DNA of 64,000 nt. Source: Eledone cirrhosa. Its lineage: Eukaryota. The stretch is taken from positions 248,186,001-248,250,000 of the forward strand of contig OZ024740.1 in NCBI GenBank assembly GCA_964016885.1. The letters are read 5' to 3'. Numbering within the stretch: the stretch's first letter is position 1; each line of letters begins with the position of its first letter. Positions 63,192-64,000 of the stretch are shown piece after piece. A program made the translations under genes and the position numbers. The notes under the pieces were generated by a model that was given only the letters and a program-made list of their open reading frames with translations, was not told the origin of the DNA and ran no database searches.

Positions 63192-64000
63192 TTACAGTAA
63201 TCAAAGTTCAGTTTAAGTCATTTATTTGCTTACAATTGTTTCCTCCAAACCGAGGTTTGGATTCTTCGGAGCAGTTATTTATAACATACTTGACCTCCTT
63301 TTCAACCCAAGAGACACATAAAACATATGTGCATATTGATCAACAGTGGGGTGACATTCATCAAATGAAATAGCATGGCAATTTACATATAAAGTGTTAC
63401 ATGATAAAAAATAAAGTGTTACATGATAAAATAAAAATAAAATAAAAGCAAGAGTGAAAATAAAGATAAACATGAAGCGTTGGCAGTCTATGAAGATAAA
63501 GCAAGAGGAAAGCTTAGAGTAGTCAGTGCATGAAGCAATTTCCCGTGTAGCATGCACGCTTGTCTTATCTATACATGATTAGAGTGCGTCAGAATGATAT
63601 TTGCAGGGTCATGCAGTTGAAGCAGGCAATTGATCTTATAATATATGCTGAATTATTAAGTTATTTATTCTCATACATCTGTATGATATACAGTCTCGGA
63701 TGCGGGGAAACATCAAAATATCAAAAACCTTCAACATACTAAAAACCTTATTGTATCGTAGGCAAGGTCGTACCACTGTCCTTGCTCACCACACCACTCA
63801 CATAATCCATGAGACGCAATATATATATAGAGAACATGCGTCTATCGTATAATTTGCATTGGTTCAGCATATAGTCAAGCTATAAACGGTATCCAGTCGG
63901 TTCTTAATTAATATATCATGCTGTCCAAATTCCGGAAGTGCCTGAATGATTAAGGGGAACTAATGCGTAAGGGGAGGTAACTAGCTAGTTATTTTAGTTA

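Overview
Eukaryotic (metazoan) genomic DNA, AT-rich and very rich in microsatellites. The SINE/LINE repertoire suggests a cephalopod, probably an octopus; this is inference, not a database match. The left half (1-~36 kb) holds the last three identifiable coding exons of a + strand host gene (14203/14206-17616, 19904-20038, 24174-24229). They encode a long Ser/Thr/Gln-rich, low-complexity C-terminus with a basic tail. Around them lie decayed RTE and CR1-type LINEs, a deleted mariner-like element and Helitron-like relics. Just downstream of the stop codon is a head-to-tail array of about 15 tRNA-derived SINE units. The right half (36-64 kb) is a transposon-dense block stitched together by (TA)n. 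It contains five Penelope-like elements (PLEs) of two RT types (one with an uninterrupted ~670-codon RT + GIY-YIG frame), a solo PLE-type terminus, a Gypsy pol + 3' LTR, a hAT-like transposase, MITEs and several long inverted repeats, including a spacerless 478-bp palindrome. Reading the PLE termini by eye reveals six minimal type I hammerhead ribozyme motifs in four sequence variants, one with an unusually long stem II. No rRNA, true tRNA gene or CRISPR array is present. I cannot establish a wholly new system. The best leads are the ribozyme-bearing, (TA)n-associated, fold-back PLE cluster and the apparently self-extending SINE array.
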